Of a stretch of DNA of 64,000 nt, positions 49,058-60,318 are shown piece by piece. The translations under genes and the position numbers were made by a program. Each line of letters begins with the position of its first letter. Position 1 is the first letter of the stretch. The notes under the pieces are model-generated. The model worked only from the letters and a program-made list of their open reading frames with translations. It was not told the origin of the DNA and did no database searches. Origin of the DNA: Blepharisma stoltei ATCC 30299 (taxonomy: Eukaryota; Protista; Ciliophora); NCBI GenBank assembly GCA_965603825.1, contig CBFDEM010000020.1, forward strand, positions 877,960 to 941,959, written 5' to 3'.

Positions 49058-52000
49058 TTAAGGTGTAAACTTTGGTTCTTCATCTTCAGACTTCTCTTCC
49101 GCCACCTCACTTCCAGAAATCAAATATTTTGACTCATCTACTTGGCAAGCTTCCTGAGTTTCTTCTCTTGCCTCTCTTGGCAGCTCAGCAGTCAGCCATC
49201 TTCTTATCTTAATCCCACTATTTTTCACCTTAAACTTAAATTTAATTTTTTTCGTTGTCTCCGCCTTCGGAAATGACTGCGATTTTTCATCAAAATTCCC
49301 CTTCATAATTTCAGTCATCTGCGTCATTCTTGCAAAAGAAACGCCTAAATTAGTTTCATATAATTTAAGTATCATTTTTGTTTTTTTACCTTCTCTGATA
49401 TCTTTAGGTGTATAAATAGAAAGCTCTGCTTGCTTAGAGTTTGCGATTGGGATAATAGAGCTATTTATATTCATTTCTGCTTTCGCGTCAAAAATGCTGA
49501 TGCCGAATAAGCTGCTGAGAAGAGTGGCTTGGGGTTTTTTGTGCTTTGGGTTAGAAGCAATTGAGGATTTATCAGTAAGTTTCATTGACTGTCGTGCAGG
49601 ACGAAAAGCGATGATGTCTTCTTCTGTATGCTTATTGCTATCAATTGGGGTGCCTGAGCCTGACCTTAAATTATTGAATTTTTCTTCACTGTCGATGCTG
49701 CTCTCTTTAATCGGCGGATTTTTATTTATTTTGTTTTTTGAAATCAAATAGCAAGATTCTTCTTCAATTTTTCTCAGAATGGCTTTAGTCACTTTAATAG
49801 CCACATTATCATCACTATTTGAATGCTTTGGGAAAATTATTTCACAGTTTTCAAATTCAAAGCCCATGCTAAAATTACTTGGCTCTTCAGAAACATTGAT
49901 TTCATTCGAAAATTTGAGTTGATAGGTAATTTCGTCGACAAAGCCTATTATTTCGTCAATAAAAGAGCTTAAAAAGTAAATTTTTGCGTCACTTATAAAC
50001 AGAGAAAGCTTATCTTGGGTAGGGTCTAGCTTGAATAAAAGACTGGTGCCTTGCTTATTTTCGCATTTTTCTATTAATTTGCTATATATTGAATTTTCAG
50101 GCGAAATTTGTAAATTTTCGATATTTCCTTCCAATAAATATTCTGAGTTATTATTTATTGTATTAATGGATGCTTTAATAGTCCCTTTATCGAAATATAG
50201 CTGTGATATTGGCTTATTATAGTGTTTCATGTTAATAAAAATTTTCGATAAGTTTATCCTTCATGAATTGTGGCTATAATCTTCTATGGGAGGATCAAGA
50301 AAAATATATTGAGAAGGTATTGCTAAATACTCATTGATTTTTTCTGTGTCCAAAATATCAAAAAAGTGCACAATATCATTTTTCACCTCGAAAATTTCTT
50401 CTGTAGAAATGAGTATTCCTATCGGATTTATATTAAAATCACTCTCACCTTGGGCTTTTTTCCTAACCAGCCCTTCTACACTATTTTCCACTTGGTTTAT
50501 TTTTAACGCTCACCTTGCTGAAGACACCTCAAACCTGTCTTTATCAATAACATTGCAAGGCGCCATCATAATTTTCGTTCCTTCTTGCCCTTTAGATACA
50601 CTTATTTCTGTAATTTTTATAGCATTTTCTTTATCTATATGAATATCTGAGGAAATTTCATAAAGCATACCATTGCAATACACCATAACCTGCTCATATT
50701 TCTATATATAAATTACTGTTTTTGTAAAGAAATTGCACCCAGCAATAAAGCCGTATAAGCTATTACCAAACTCTATATTAAGCCGCTTTAGCGAAATATT
50801 GCTCCTTTCCTCAATGATTTCTTTCCTTTCTTCCTTTATTTCTATGGTTTTCCCTTTGTCATCTTTTACTGCATCTTTTGACAAATTTTCCTGGCTTTCT
50901 ATTCCAGAAAATTTTTGCATTATAAATCCTTCAGAAATAATAGACAAAATCTTGCCCTCATAAGCACAAATGAACTCCACTTTGTCAATTTTGAAATTTA
51001 TATACAGCTTGCTTGCCTGAGCCACTTTTACGTTAAGATTTGTAGGTTTTACGTGTTTTCCATATAAATCATACAAGTCAAGGATATTTTTTATAATAAA
51101 AAATGCTTCAAAAACAGGGGAACGGTTAAATTGTTCAGTTAAAAGGATATTTATTGAAGAAATATGCAGGATTACCTTGTCATATTCGTTTAAAGGGACA
51201 ATATCTTTGGCTATGCAGTCTATAGGCGCTGAAGACTGCCTTATTCATGTTGATTTTTTGGTTTCAATAGCCCGTATTCTGTGCTTTACTAGTTGAGTTT
51301 CCCTTTCTTTCCATTTATTTTCGTCAAAAGTCTCTATATTGATTCTCTGGTCAAGCTTTAAAATTTCGTAAAAATGAGGCAAAATTTCAGGTCTTTGGTT
51401 ATTTAAAGCAGAATCATAAATTCCTGAAGCTTTTGCTACAAGAGAGGTAGATCTGAATTCGCTAGGGTCAAATAGTGGGGTAATATCTTGACAATCGAGG
51501 TCTTCAGTTCTGGAGAAACTTTCATGAATTTGTGATGTAACCCCTGGGTAAACGGTTATTTTATAAGTCTCCCCCATATTGCTCCTCAAGGTTGTAGCAA
51601 ACAAGCTAAACGTCTGCTTGAAGGGCCTTTTCTTATACATTCCAATTATAGAGGCACAAGCTAAGTTCAAAATTTCTTTTTTCTGGTGCATCCCAATGAC
51701 TTTAAAATCCACAAAATTCGAGTCCTCATCGCTCGGCATATCTTTTTGGATTCTTCTTCCTAAAGCAAAATTAAAAACTGTCATGACTTTTTTAGTGTTT
51801 AATAAGCAATGTAAACAGGTTTTTAAATTTGGGGCAGCATAATGTTTATTTTGGAAGCTCAGCAATAATCTTTCTAGTTGCCGTCTATCATATTCCATTA
51901 TTGATTTTTCCAGCTTATTTCTCTCATATTTTTCCTCACTCATCTGTGAATTATTTCTCGAAAAATTCATAGTCGACAACAGGCATAAAATTGTGATCAT

Positions 52001-55000
52001 TTCTTTTTTAATAAAAACTTTAAAATGGTCCAAATAGCAATCAATGATAGTTTCTGGAAGATTTGGGTGGTATTTCATAATGCATTGTTTTATCTTTAAA
52101 TTCAGCTTGGTCTGTAACAGGAGATGGATGCTATCATTTCCTAAATCTTTGGTCTCAAATTTTATATTTTCTATCGTAATTTTTTGGTTTGAGTAGAATT
52201 TTTTGTCCCTTATAAAATCATTCCGAAAGCGACTTGATGAGCTTTTTTCAATTTTCATGAAATCTGGCTGCTTTATTTCGTATTTAATTACTTCTAGCAA
52301 GACTTTTACGAAGGTCGGGCGAGAATTTTCGTTTTTAAAATTTGATTCGATAATTCCAAGCGTAAAAGACATCAATTTTAGCTCGAATTTAAACCGTCTC
52401 GACTTAAGAAAAACGTCTCTAAGGATACTATAAAGCTGGCTAGGAGTTTTTTTGGCGTATTTTATTATGTCATATATATTAGATAATGGCTGAGATGGAG
52501 ACGTCAAAGTTGTCAAAAAATTGGCCTTAAACTGCATATTTGTAAAAATTCCTATAGGTGGACTGCTAATGAGCCAGTCTGCAAGAGAGCCAAGTGTCTG
52601 TGTTGTCAAAGCCATATCAAGGGTATGAGCCTCTATTCTAATAAAATCTCTCCCCACGTCTTCCTTATCAGTAATTTCTTCTTCTTTTCTTTTTCTATTT
52701 TTATCTATAAATTGTACTTGCAGAGGACTAGTTTGGCCTTTTAGTGTTAAGGTTATATTTATTGCGCCGCCTGATGCAGGCTTTCTTCTTCCCGATGAGT
52801 TTGTATTTGGAATTTCTTTATATTGCTGTGTAATTCATCTCATGCAACATTTAACGAAATTTACCATTACTTTTTCGTTAAAAAAACTCATTATTTCGTC
52901 ATATAAAATCCCTGCAGCTTCTTTTTTGTTAGAATATTTTACTAATTCATTTCTTTTTTCTAACGGCATATGCAAAAACAGCTCGTTTTGTGGGTTTAAA
53001 AATGCATCAAATAATTTTTCATAAGTCTCAAATCCTTTTCCACAAATGCAAAGGTTTGTAGACGTAGTAGACTGGTCTTTTGGGTCTTTATGATCCTTTG
53101 GAAATCTTGCTCTGACCTCTTCGTAGTGATATAAATATTCAAGCTCTGACAATAGCCCAATTTCCGTCATATAAGATTTTAAGGCGTTTGCAGCAATAAT
53201 ATCATTGACTCCATTCCAAATAAATATTTGGGTTAAATTTTTCCCTGAGCTGTAGTTATAAGTCTTTTTAAATTCGTTTAAATATTCAGTAAACCTTAAA
53301 GAAAGTGGGTCAAAAACATAAAAATTGGAAATTGTTATGTTTTCTGATATCAGCTGCAAGTCTCGCTGCAGGCAAAGTTTTCCTTCACATTTTCCAAACT
53401 CTACTAAACATACTGTTTGCTCAGAAACTAGCTTAGAATCAATGCATTTTCCGTCCCCTTTTCGCATAGTTACATCCCAGGGCTCTCTTGGCTCATAAGA
53501 ATTTCTTTCTTCATATCCGCATTCTTCATAATTAGACAGCCGTGGCCTTACAAATTTTCTTGGGGCATCGTCAAATACCCTAGGCGCGCGTATGCATTTT
53601 TCACAGAAACATTGATCTTGGTACATCGAAATTTTTTCTAAATCGGGAACACGAGTGGCGACTAAATAAAATGATAAATGGGCAATACTGAATTTTACGT
53701 CAAAAAGCTTGTCTTTTCTAGAACTGCTCTTGCCATTTAAATAAGTATTGACAATATCAAGCTTGTCCATATTTAGTAAACAAGTAAGCTCGTCTTTTTC
53801 TTTTTCAGTTAGCTCAATTTCGCGCTCTTCAGCTATTTTTTTATAAGGATCACCAAGTAAGCTTTCGAAATCATTAAGATAGTAATCTCATAAGTCGCCG
53901 AGATGGGTTTTTCCACGGACATTCCCGCGTGCTTTTACATAAGACATAGCTTCAATGCGCAGCTGATAAAGAGCTAAAGTTCGGAACCAGGTTAGTTCTT
54001 CTAAGCTGAAGAAATCTTCGATTTCTTCCATTTGCTTGATGCCGGCTTTGTCAATTATTTCAAGCCATGGAGCGTGGATAATATTTTGGTATCTTTTATA
54101 TAAATTTACATATCTTTCTCGTTTAATTTTCGCACCTATTAATCCTTGTAAGCTTGCCCTCAAATCTTGTATGCCAGATTTTATTATATATTGCCACCAA
54201 TCTCTAGGACTATCACTAATAATGCTGACAGGTCGAAAAACTTCATATTGTTTATATGCTTTTTTGTGGGTAATTAAATTTAACACACCATCTAGAAAAT
54301 GTTTTTGGAGCTCATTTAGAGAAATAGAAATGTTATCTGAGGTCACTTCTAGCTTATGAATAGGCTCATCAATAAACTCTTTATGGTTCACTTTATATAA
54401 AATTGTAATGTTGCAAGGCCTCAACAAATAATGTCGCTCGCTGAACTGAATATTCTCAAAAATTTCTTCAACGTCTAATGCTGGGTTATTTGGCATTTCA
54501 CACATCATTGCGATAGAAAAATTTTTTATTTCAATTTTTCTATAAGTGACGTCTTTTTGATTCGAATAACTTTTTTCCCAATTTTCATTAGTGGTATATA
54601 TACTAACTTCTTGCAGGAATAATCTCACGGCGCAAGGGTATCCAAGTGCTTCTACATCTTGGTAATATAAAGTCATATTTTCAATAGAAATGCTCATGTT
54701 CTTTATTAGCATATGCATTTTTCGTTTAAGAAAGCTGTTTGAATTTAGTTCTTTGAAATTTCGCTTCTGGGCTTGTTCCCATTCGCGGAGCTTATTTATT
54801 TTATAGTTTTTTCACTGCTCAAAAGTCCAATCGGTTGAGTTTGGGCGCGCTATAATGCGAATTCCTTTCAGAATTATGTTAACTTGGGACGTTGAATAGG
54901 CGATGTGAATTTGACAAATAATTTCTCTGACTACTGAAGAAGGCAGAACGTTCACAGGAAGTCTTAGCTCATCTAATGCATCTTTGCGGAGCTTAATCTC

Positions 55001-55204
55001 ATATATTGTTATTTCAGGGGATTTTCCTAATGTTGCTTTAAGGTTTTTTTGTTTTATGTCTTTTAAGTACTTTCCTAAGTATTGCTCAATTTTCTTGATA
55101 ATAAATGTTCGAGCTAAATTGTTTAAATTTCATTTGCGCTCTTCATTTTTCTTTTCTTTGTCTCTTCTTTCTTTATCCTTTCTTTCTTTATCGCTCCTAT
55201 CCAT
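49058..55204 (-). CDS. VPS13-family (chorein-N) bridge-like lipid-transfer protein, ~2043 aa, 2 exons
   Basis: N-terminal YLGKYLKDIKQKNLK...IKLRKDALDELRLPVNV, IKNMSISIENMTLYYQD, PRDWWQY. Six ORF pieces form one frame via 7 TGA=W and an intron at 50702-50716. Confidence 0.85.
50702..50716 (-). other. 15-nt intron (GTAATTTATATATAG)
   Basis: Its terminal TAG is an in-frame stop if unspliced; the frame continues after removal. Confidence 0.88.
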
Positions 55205-55593
55205 TTAATATTTTATAAAAAATGAAATATATTGAATAAAGAAAGGATTTGGGAGTTTTATATTATAATTTCAGCACTAATAAAAAGTAAGAAATTAACA
55301 TTTTTAGTGGCACTGACTATAATAAAAAAGGAATAAATAATATTTTTATGTTCATAATACAGATTGGATGATAGATTATGATAATTAGAAATAATTACTA
55401 TGAATTTTAAAATTTAAACTTAAAGATTTTTGTTCTTATTTATAGCATTTGAAATTAATTCTTCTTGAAAAAGATAAATTCAAAAATTTGGATAACAAAT
55501 AAAATATTATTAATATGTGGTTAAATATAAAAGTGCTTTATGAATTAATCAGCAGAGATCTTTAAAATAGACTATGAAGTAATTAAATAACTA

Positions 55594-55980
55594 TTATTGT
55601 TTTCCAGATCAATATTCAATATCAGCTGAAAACGGCAATCATCCAGGCCCACCAGTATTTGCTGCAACAACCTTGAACTTATTTGCACCAGTGACAATAT
55701 AAGATGTGACATCATATTCCATTCTGTCATTCCATGTGTTACTTGCAATAAAAATATCATTAACATATAAATCATAAAAATCATCGACAATTGCTGTAAA
55801 TTTGCATAATGAAGGTGTTCCTTGAACATTAAATGCTCTTATAAAGGTAACCACACTATGAGTTGAATAATAATTCGATCTCATATAAAAAAGGATCCTG
55901 GAATATAATCATAAATTTCCATACCTGGAACAAGTCCTGCATTGTGAGTTGAGCCATTGCTAACTCCCAATCCTTGATTA
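55594..55980 (-). pseudogene. Fragment of a galactose-binding-like/lectin-type beta-sandwich gene, frameshifted and 5'-truncated
   Basis: YIPGSFFIWD, then a frameshift, then VVTFIRAFNVQG..FTAIVDDFYDLYVN..YDVTSYIVTGANKFKVVAANTGGPGW; no recognisable N-terminus. Confidence 0.55.
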
Positions 55981-56498
55981 AACGATTTCTACTTTTTCAA
56001 TGGAAGATTTTACAAAGGATAAATACTCACGAAGACGGTTAGATTTAGATTGGAGATTCAGCAGTGGTGCGGAAAAGCCTATTGGAATATCTGACGTAAA
56101 CAAATTTTATTTTGATTCTGACTGATGAAGACTATTCAGTGGACCATGATGAGATGGAAAAATTAGATATGAACATTGAAATTTTGGAGGAACTAGGTTA
56201 TAGCGAAGAAGACAAAAAGAGAAGAGTTGAGAGTGTGTGAAGGCAACGGCGAGATGCCCTTGAGTTTTTGCTAGCAGAATGTCTTCTGAAGAGAGAATAT
56301 CTGAGGCAAGAAGAAATTGGGGAAATCGAAGAAGAGGGAGGATAAGAAAGAGGAAGAGGAAGAGAGACTAAAAGAAGCAGTGCTGAGATGGGGAGCTAGA
56401 TTAGAAGAAATGGTGATAGATTCAGGAGATTTTGTGCAGGCGATGAATAAATATAGAGGGCTATCTAAGTCACTCTTATATGTCTTATAAAAAAAAAA
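55981..56498 (+). other. Purine-rich decayed coding-like insert ending in A10; possible retroelement or gene remnant
   Basis: Higher GC than the flanks; broken ORF (..ILEELGYSEEDKKRRVESVWRQRRDALEFLL..); abuts the truncated lectin-like fragment. Confidence 0.3.
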
Positions 56499-57557
56499 TC
56501 AATATAAAAATTTTAGGCTATTAACCTCATCCTTCCAAAATGATAGATTAGAATTGGTTAAGCACTAAAGTGTTGATATCACTTATAATGTGAAATGATT
56601 TTAGAGTTCTGGGAGCAATAAATCTTGAAGACACTCTAGAGTTAACGCTAAAAGGTAGCGTAGATAGCACCAATAAAGCTAAAGCGTTCATCATAATATA
56701 TATTCTAGAAATTAAATATTAGCTTTAATTTATAATACTTGTATAATTGAACTTTATTATTTGAAGTTCTCCTTTTTTAATTTATATTAGTCATGTCAAG
56801 TGCATAAAGAAAATGGCAAAATCTGCTAAATTTAATATTTAGATTAAAAAATCAAGAAATTTTGTTTATAAAAGATATTATAATATCAATTTATTAGCAA
56901 TATCGCGAGCATACTTTAGTGTACCCTTATGCTTGCATCTCCTCGTAGCTGGAGGTTTGGCTCCTCACCTTCAATTAGTTATTATCGCCATTTTTCCCTC
57001 CAAGTTTTCCTCTAAAGAAAATTTTCACGGGTAAATAGTCACTTACTTCCTGCTTTCCATTTGTATTTGCATAGCTCGTTAATTCCTTCAGATATATCTC
57101 AAGTATCATGATATTTGTCTTCGCCACTCTTTCAGTCTTCACCTTAATTTCATCCCTATTTTATTTTATTTTACTTTTATTTCATTTTCACTTTGATCTC
57201 CTTCTTGATCAATAACTTTACTTGAAGTAGCACAGCCAGCTTTCACGACTCTTAAAAATGCTTTTTTATAATACTCATTTTTACGTTTAAATTCATCTCC
57301 AAATCTTCATAATTCGCATAAATTCACATTCATCTTTCTCCAATTGTCTGTCGAAAGCGCAATTCTTGGTTTTGTTGTTGTCCTCTAATTGTAAATGGAT
57401 TATAGTTTTAAGTCTTTCCTTTAATAAATCAATTGTAGAATTTGAGCTTACCATTAATTTTTAAGAGGTGGAGGAAGCAACAAAATAATTAAATATGGTA
57501 AATATATATAATGACTGATAAAAATACTTTAAAGAATCTTTTAATAAAAATGGTATT

Positions 57558-59588
57558 TTAAAGTATTCTGATTAATTTTCCATTCAAATCGAACTTGTAA
57601 TAATCAGATGCGGCACCAATGAATATAAATCCTTTATTATATGAACAATACACTTGACAAGGATTATAATCGATTATCGAGTTTCCTATTCTTTTCCAAT
57701 TCGTGTAACTTGCAATTTCGCTTTCATAAATTGATCCATTTTCGCATTCAATCAAATAGAGTCTCCCTGCATTTATAAGGATCTTTACTTTATTATCTGC
57801 ATATTCATAAGGAATTATCGAGAAAGAGTTAATATCAATTGAGTATAGCAAAAGATTTTTATTAATCAATCCAGAAATCAAAATATTTCCATTAAATGCT
57901 ATACTACTGCAAGCATAATCAGCTCTTGGCATTGGAGTTAATTGAATTCACCGTTTTTGATGCAAGTCAAATCTACTTGATAAAGTTAAATTTTTTCCAT
58001 TATATCCTCCAAAGCAATAGACGCTATTGTTAAAATAGAGACATGATGAGTGAAAGCAAGGAGTTCCAGATGGTAGCTCTTCGACTCCACCATTCACATC
58101 AATTAGCAGTGTGATTCCAGAAACTGAAACAGCTCTACCAAAACAGAATAGCTTACCATTTGGAAGTTGAGTTATGCAAGTGTTTCAGTTTAGTAGTTCT
58201 GGAGTCTGCAAGATTCTGACTTCTTCTTGGACTTCAGTTTCAGTGTTGTAAATAACTAAATTAGTTCTGTTGTTTTCAGCATCTTCTGTAACATTATAAA
58301 GAGATGTCTTTTGCTGATAAGCATTAAGATAATCTTGATAAGCTTGCATTAGTGGTGGATCATACAGATTAGAATTGCTCTGATATGCTGAGCAAGTTGC
58401 TCTAAAATCCATCTCTAATTCTGGATTGTTTGGCATACTCAAAATCTCAGCTTTTTTATTTCTTAAGGTGTCTATAGCGTTTAAAGCACTCTCTGCTTCA
58501 TTTAGCTTACCGCTGAGATCATTAGTAATGGTAATTATTTGGGAATTAAGCAAGTTTTCCTCGTTTTCTGTATCTTTTACGTTTTCAGACCCTTTTAAAA
58601 TCTTGCTGCTCTCATTTATTATGCTGTCTAGGCGAGCTATTTCTTCTTTAAGCCACTCGATTTCCGTTTTTTGGACCATGCTCTCTTTTCTATATTTAGA
58701 TAGCTCATTTTCAAGCTGCTCATTTCTTTCCCTTTCTTTATTAAGTTGAATTTGGCAAATAGCTGCATTAATAGCAGATGTTTGTGGGATTGTAATGCCT
58801 AAACTTAGAGTTTTGTTGATTATAAACTCATGAGTTAAGATATCGAGTATTTTTGGTCTCTCTGTTTGCTGCTTTTTTAAGCACCAATCAACAAAATACC
58901 TCAATTCATTGGAATATTCACTTCTTATTGGCTTATGAGGCTCATATCCTATTTTATTTACATTAAGGTCAAAAGGCTCCTCAAGGTTGCAGAGATGATA
59001 TAAAATGCAGCCAACTGCCCAAACATCACTTTCTTCAGCTTGGATGTCTCCACAATGAGTCTCAGGAGACTGGTAATTGATAACTCCCTGAACTGTTTTT
59101 ATCGGTAAAGAGCAAGAAATGCCAAAATCTGCTATTTTAATATCCTTATTTTCGTCTAAAAGGATATTTTGTGGATGAAGATCTTGATGAATAAATCCGT
59201 TGTAGCGCAAAGACTCGAGCCCAAAGCAGATCTGGATAAAATATTTTCAGATTTCGTCTTCTTTAAACAGCTCATGATCTTCAATCTTGTCAGCGATGGC
59301 TTTAAGAAGGTTGCCATTTCGACAATAGTCTATGACCATGAAGAAAGTATTGCCGCTCACGAAAAAGGAGTCTAGGTGAAGCTTATATGGATTGACCCAT
59401 GAGAGTACTTGCATCTCAGTTTCAATATCCTTCCAGCTTGACCCTGTGTCAGCTCTGACTACAGCCTTCATTGCGTACATTTTTCGATTGCTTCTCTTTA
59501 TAGCTCTATAGATAGCTCCATAAGTTCCAAAATTTTGATGATCCTTAACTTCAAAAGTGCTTGTTAACTCTTCAGGAAAAAGCGACAT
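57558..59588 (-). CDS. NEK-like protein kinase - coiled coil - Kelch-like repeat fusion (676 aa)
   Basis: FGTYG, YAMK, EIW(TGA)KYFIQI, HQDLHPQN, DFG, YQSPE, DVWAVGC; then QLPNGKLFCFG, SVYCFGGY, W(TGA)IQLTPMP. Three ORF-track pieces lie in one frame. Confidence 0.88.
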
Positions 59589-60318
59589 CCTTATTATAAA
59601 ACTTAAAGCATTAATTGCATATCGCTTTCGATTAGAAAGGCTGCTTATCTTCACATCTCACAACAATTTTCTTGGTGAAAGCATCCTTCTCTGGCTCGAT
59701 TATGCCCAATAACCTGCAGTTTTTAGTTCGAGATCGATAAGCTGCTACTTGCCTTGGAAGTTAACCTTCTTTTTGATTTATCTTTCAGATAATTTGAGAG
59801 TTTTATTCCACAGTCATCAGCCCTACCACCTTGACTGACTTTCATTTCTACTGTCCTTTTCAGTTGTCTAATATCCATATGCCCTGCATGCTAGGTCTGC
59901 ATGAGAGAAAAACATCGCCGCTTTCTTTTCATACCCAACTAGAGAAAGTACCCACTTTATATCTCAGAAGTGAAATGCTGTGTTTAAAGCTTTCATATCA
60001 AAAAGGTCTGGATCACAATATAATAGGTGAGAGAATAATTAGGACAAATATAAGTCTAAAAATAATTTCAGCATTGAGAAGAATAATGATGGAGAATTTT
60101 TGTGTTCATAATATTTAAAGTTTCAAATGCTTTACTGCTATTCATCAGAAAATTTTACAAAATCAATAGAAAATCATTTCGAGCTACCTGCCAAGTTCAC
60201 AAATTATGTTGAGAATCGTATTAAATTTTTGCTAAGTGTCATGTGAAGTTGCATCGAAAAAATTAGCATTATTAGTTCATCTTAGTTATAATTAATTTTA
60301 AATAAAGCATCTTAAGTT

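Noticed and set aside
59620-60120. Gene upstream of the kinase (incl. ORF 59831-60118)
   Set aside because: No recognisable motif; the minus-strand frames carry stops and the plus-strand ORF lacks a convincing start. At most a decayed fragment.
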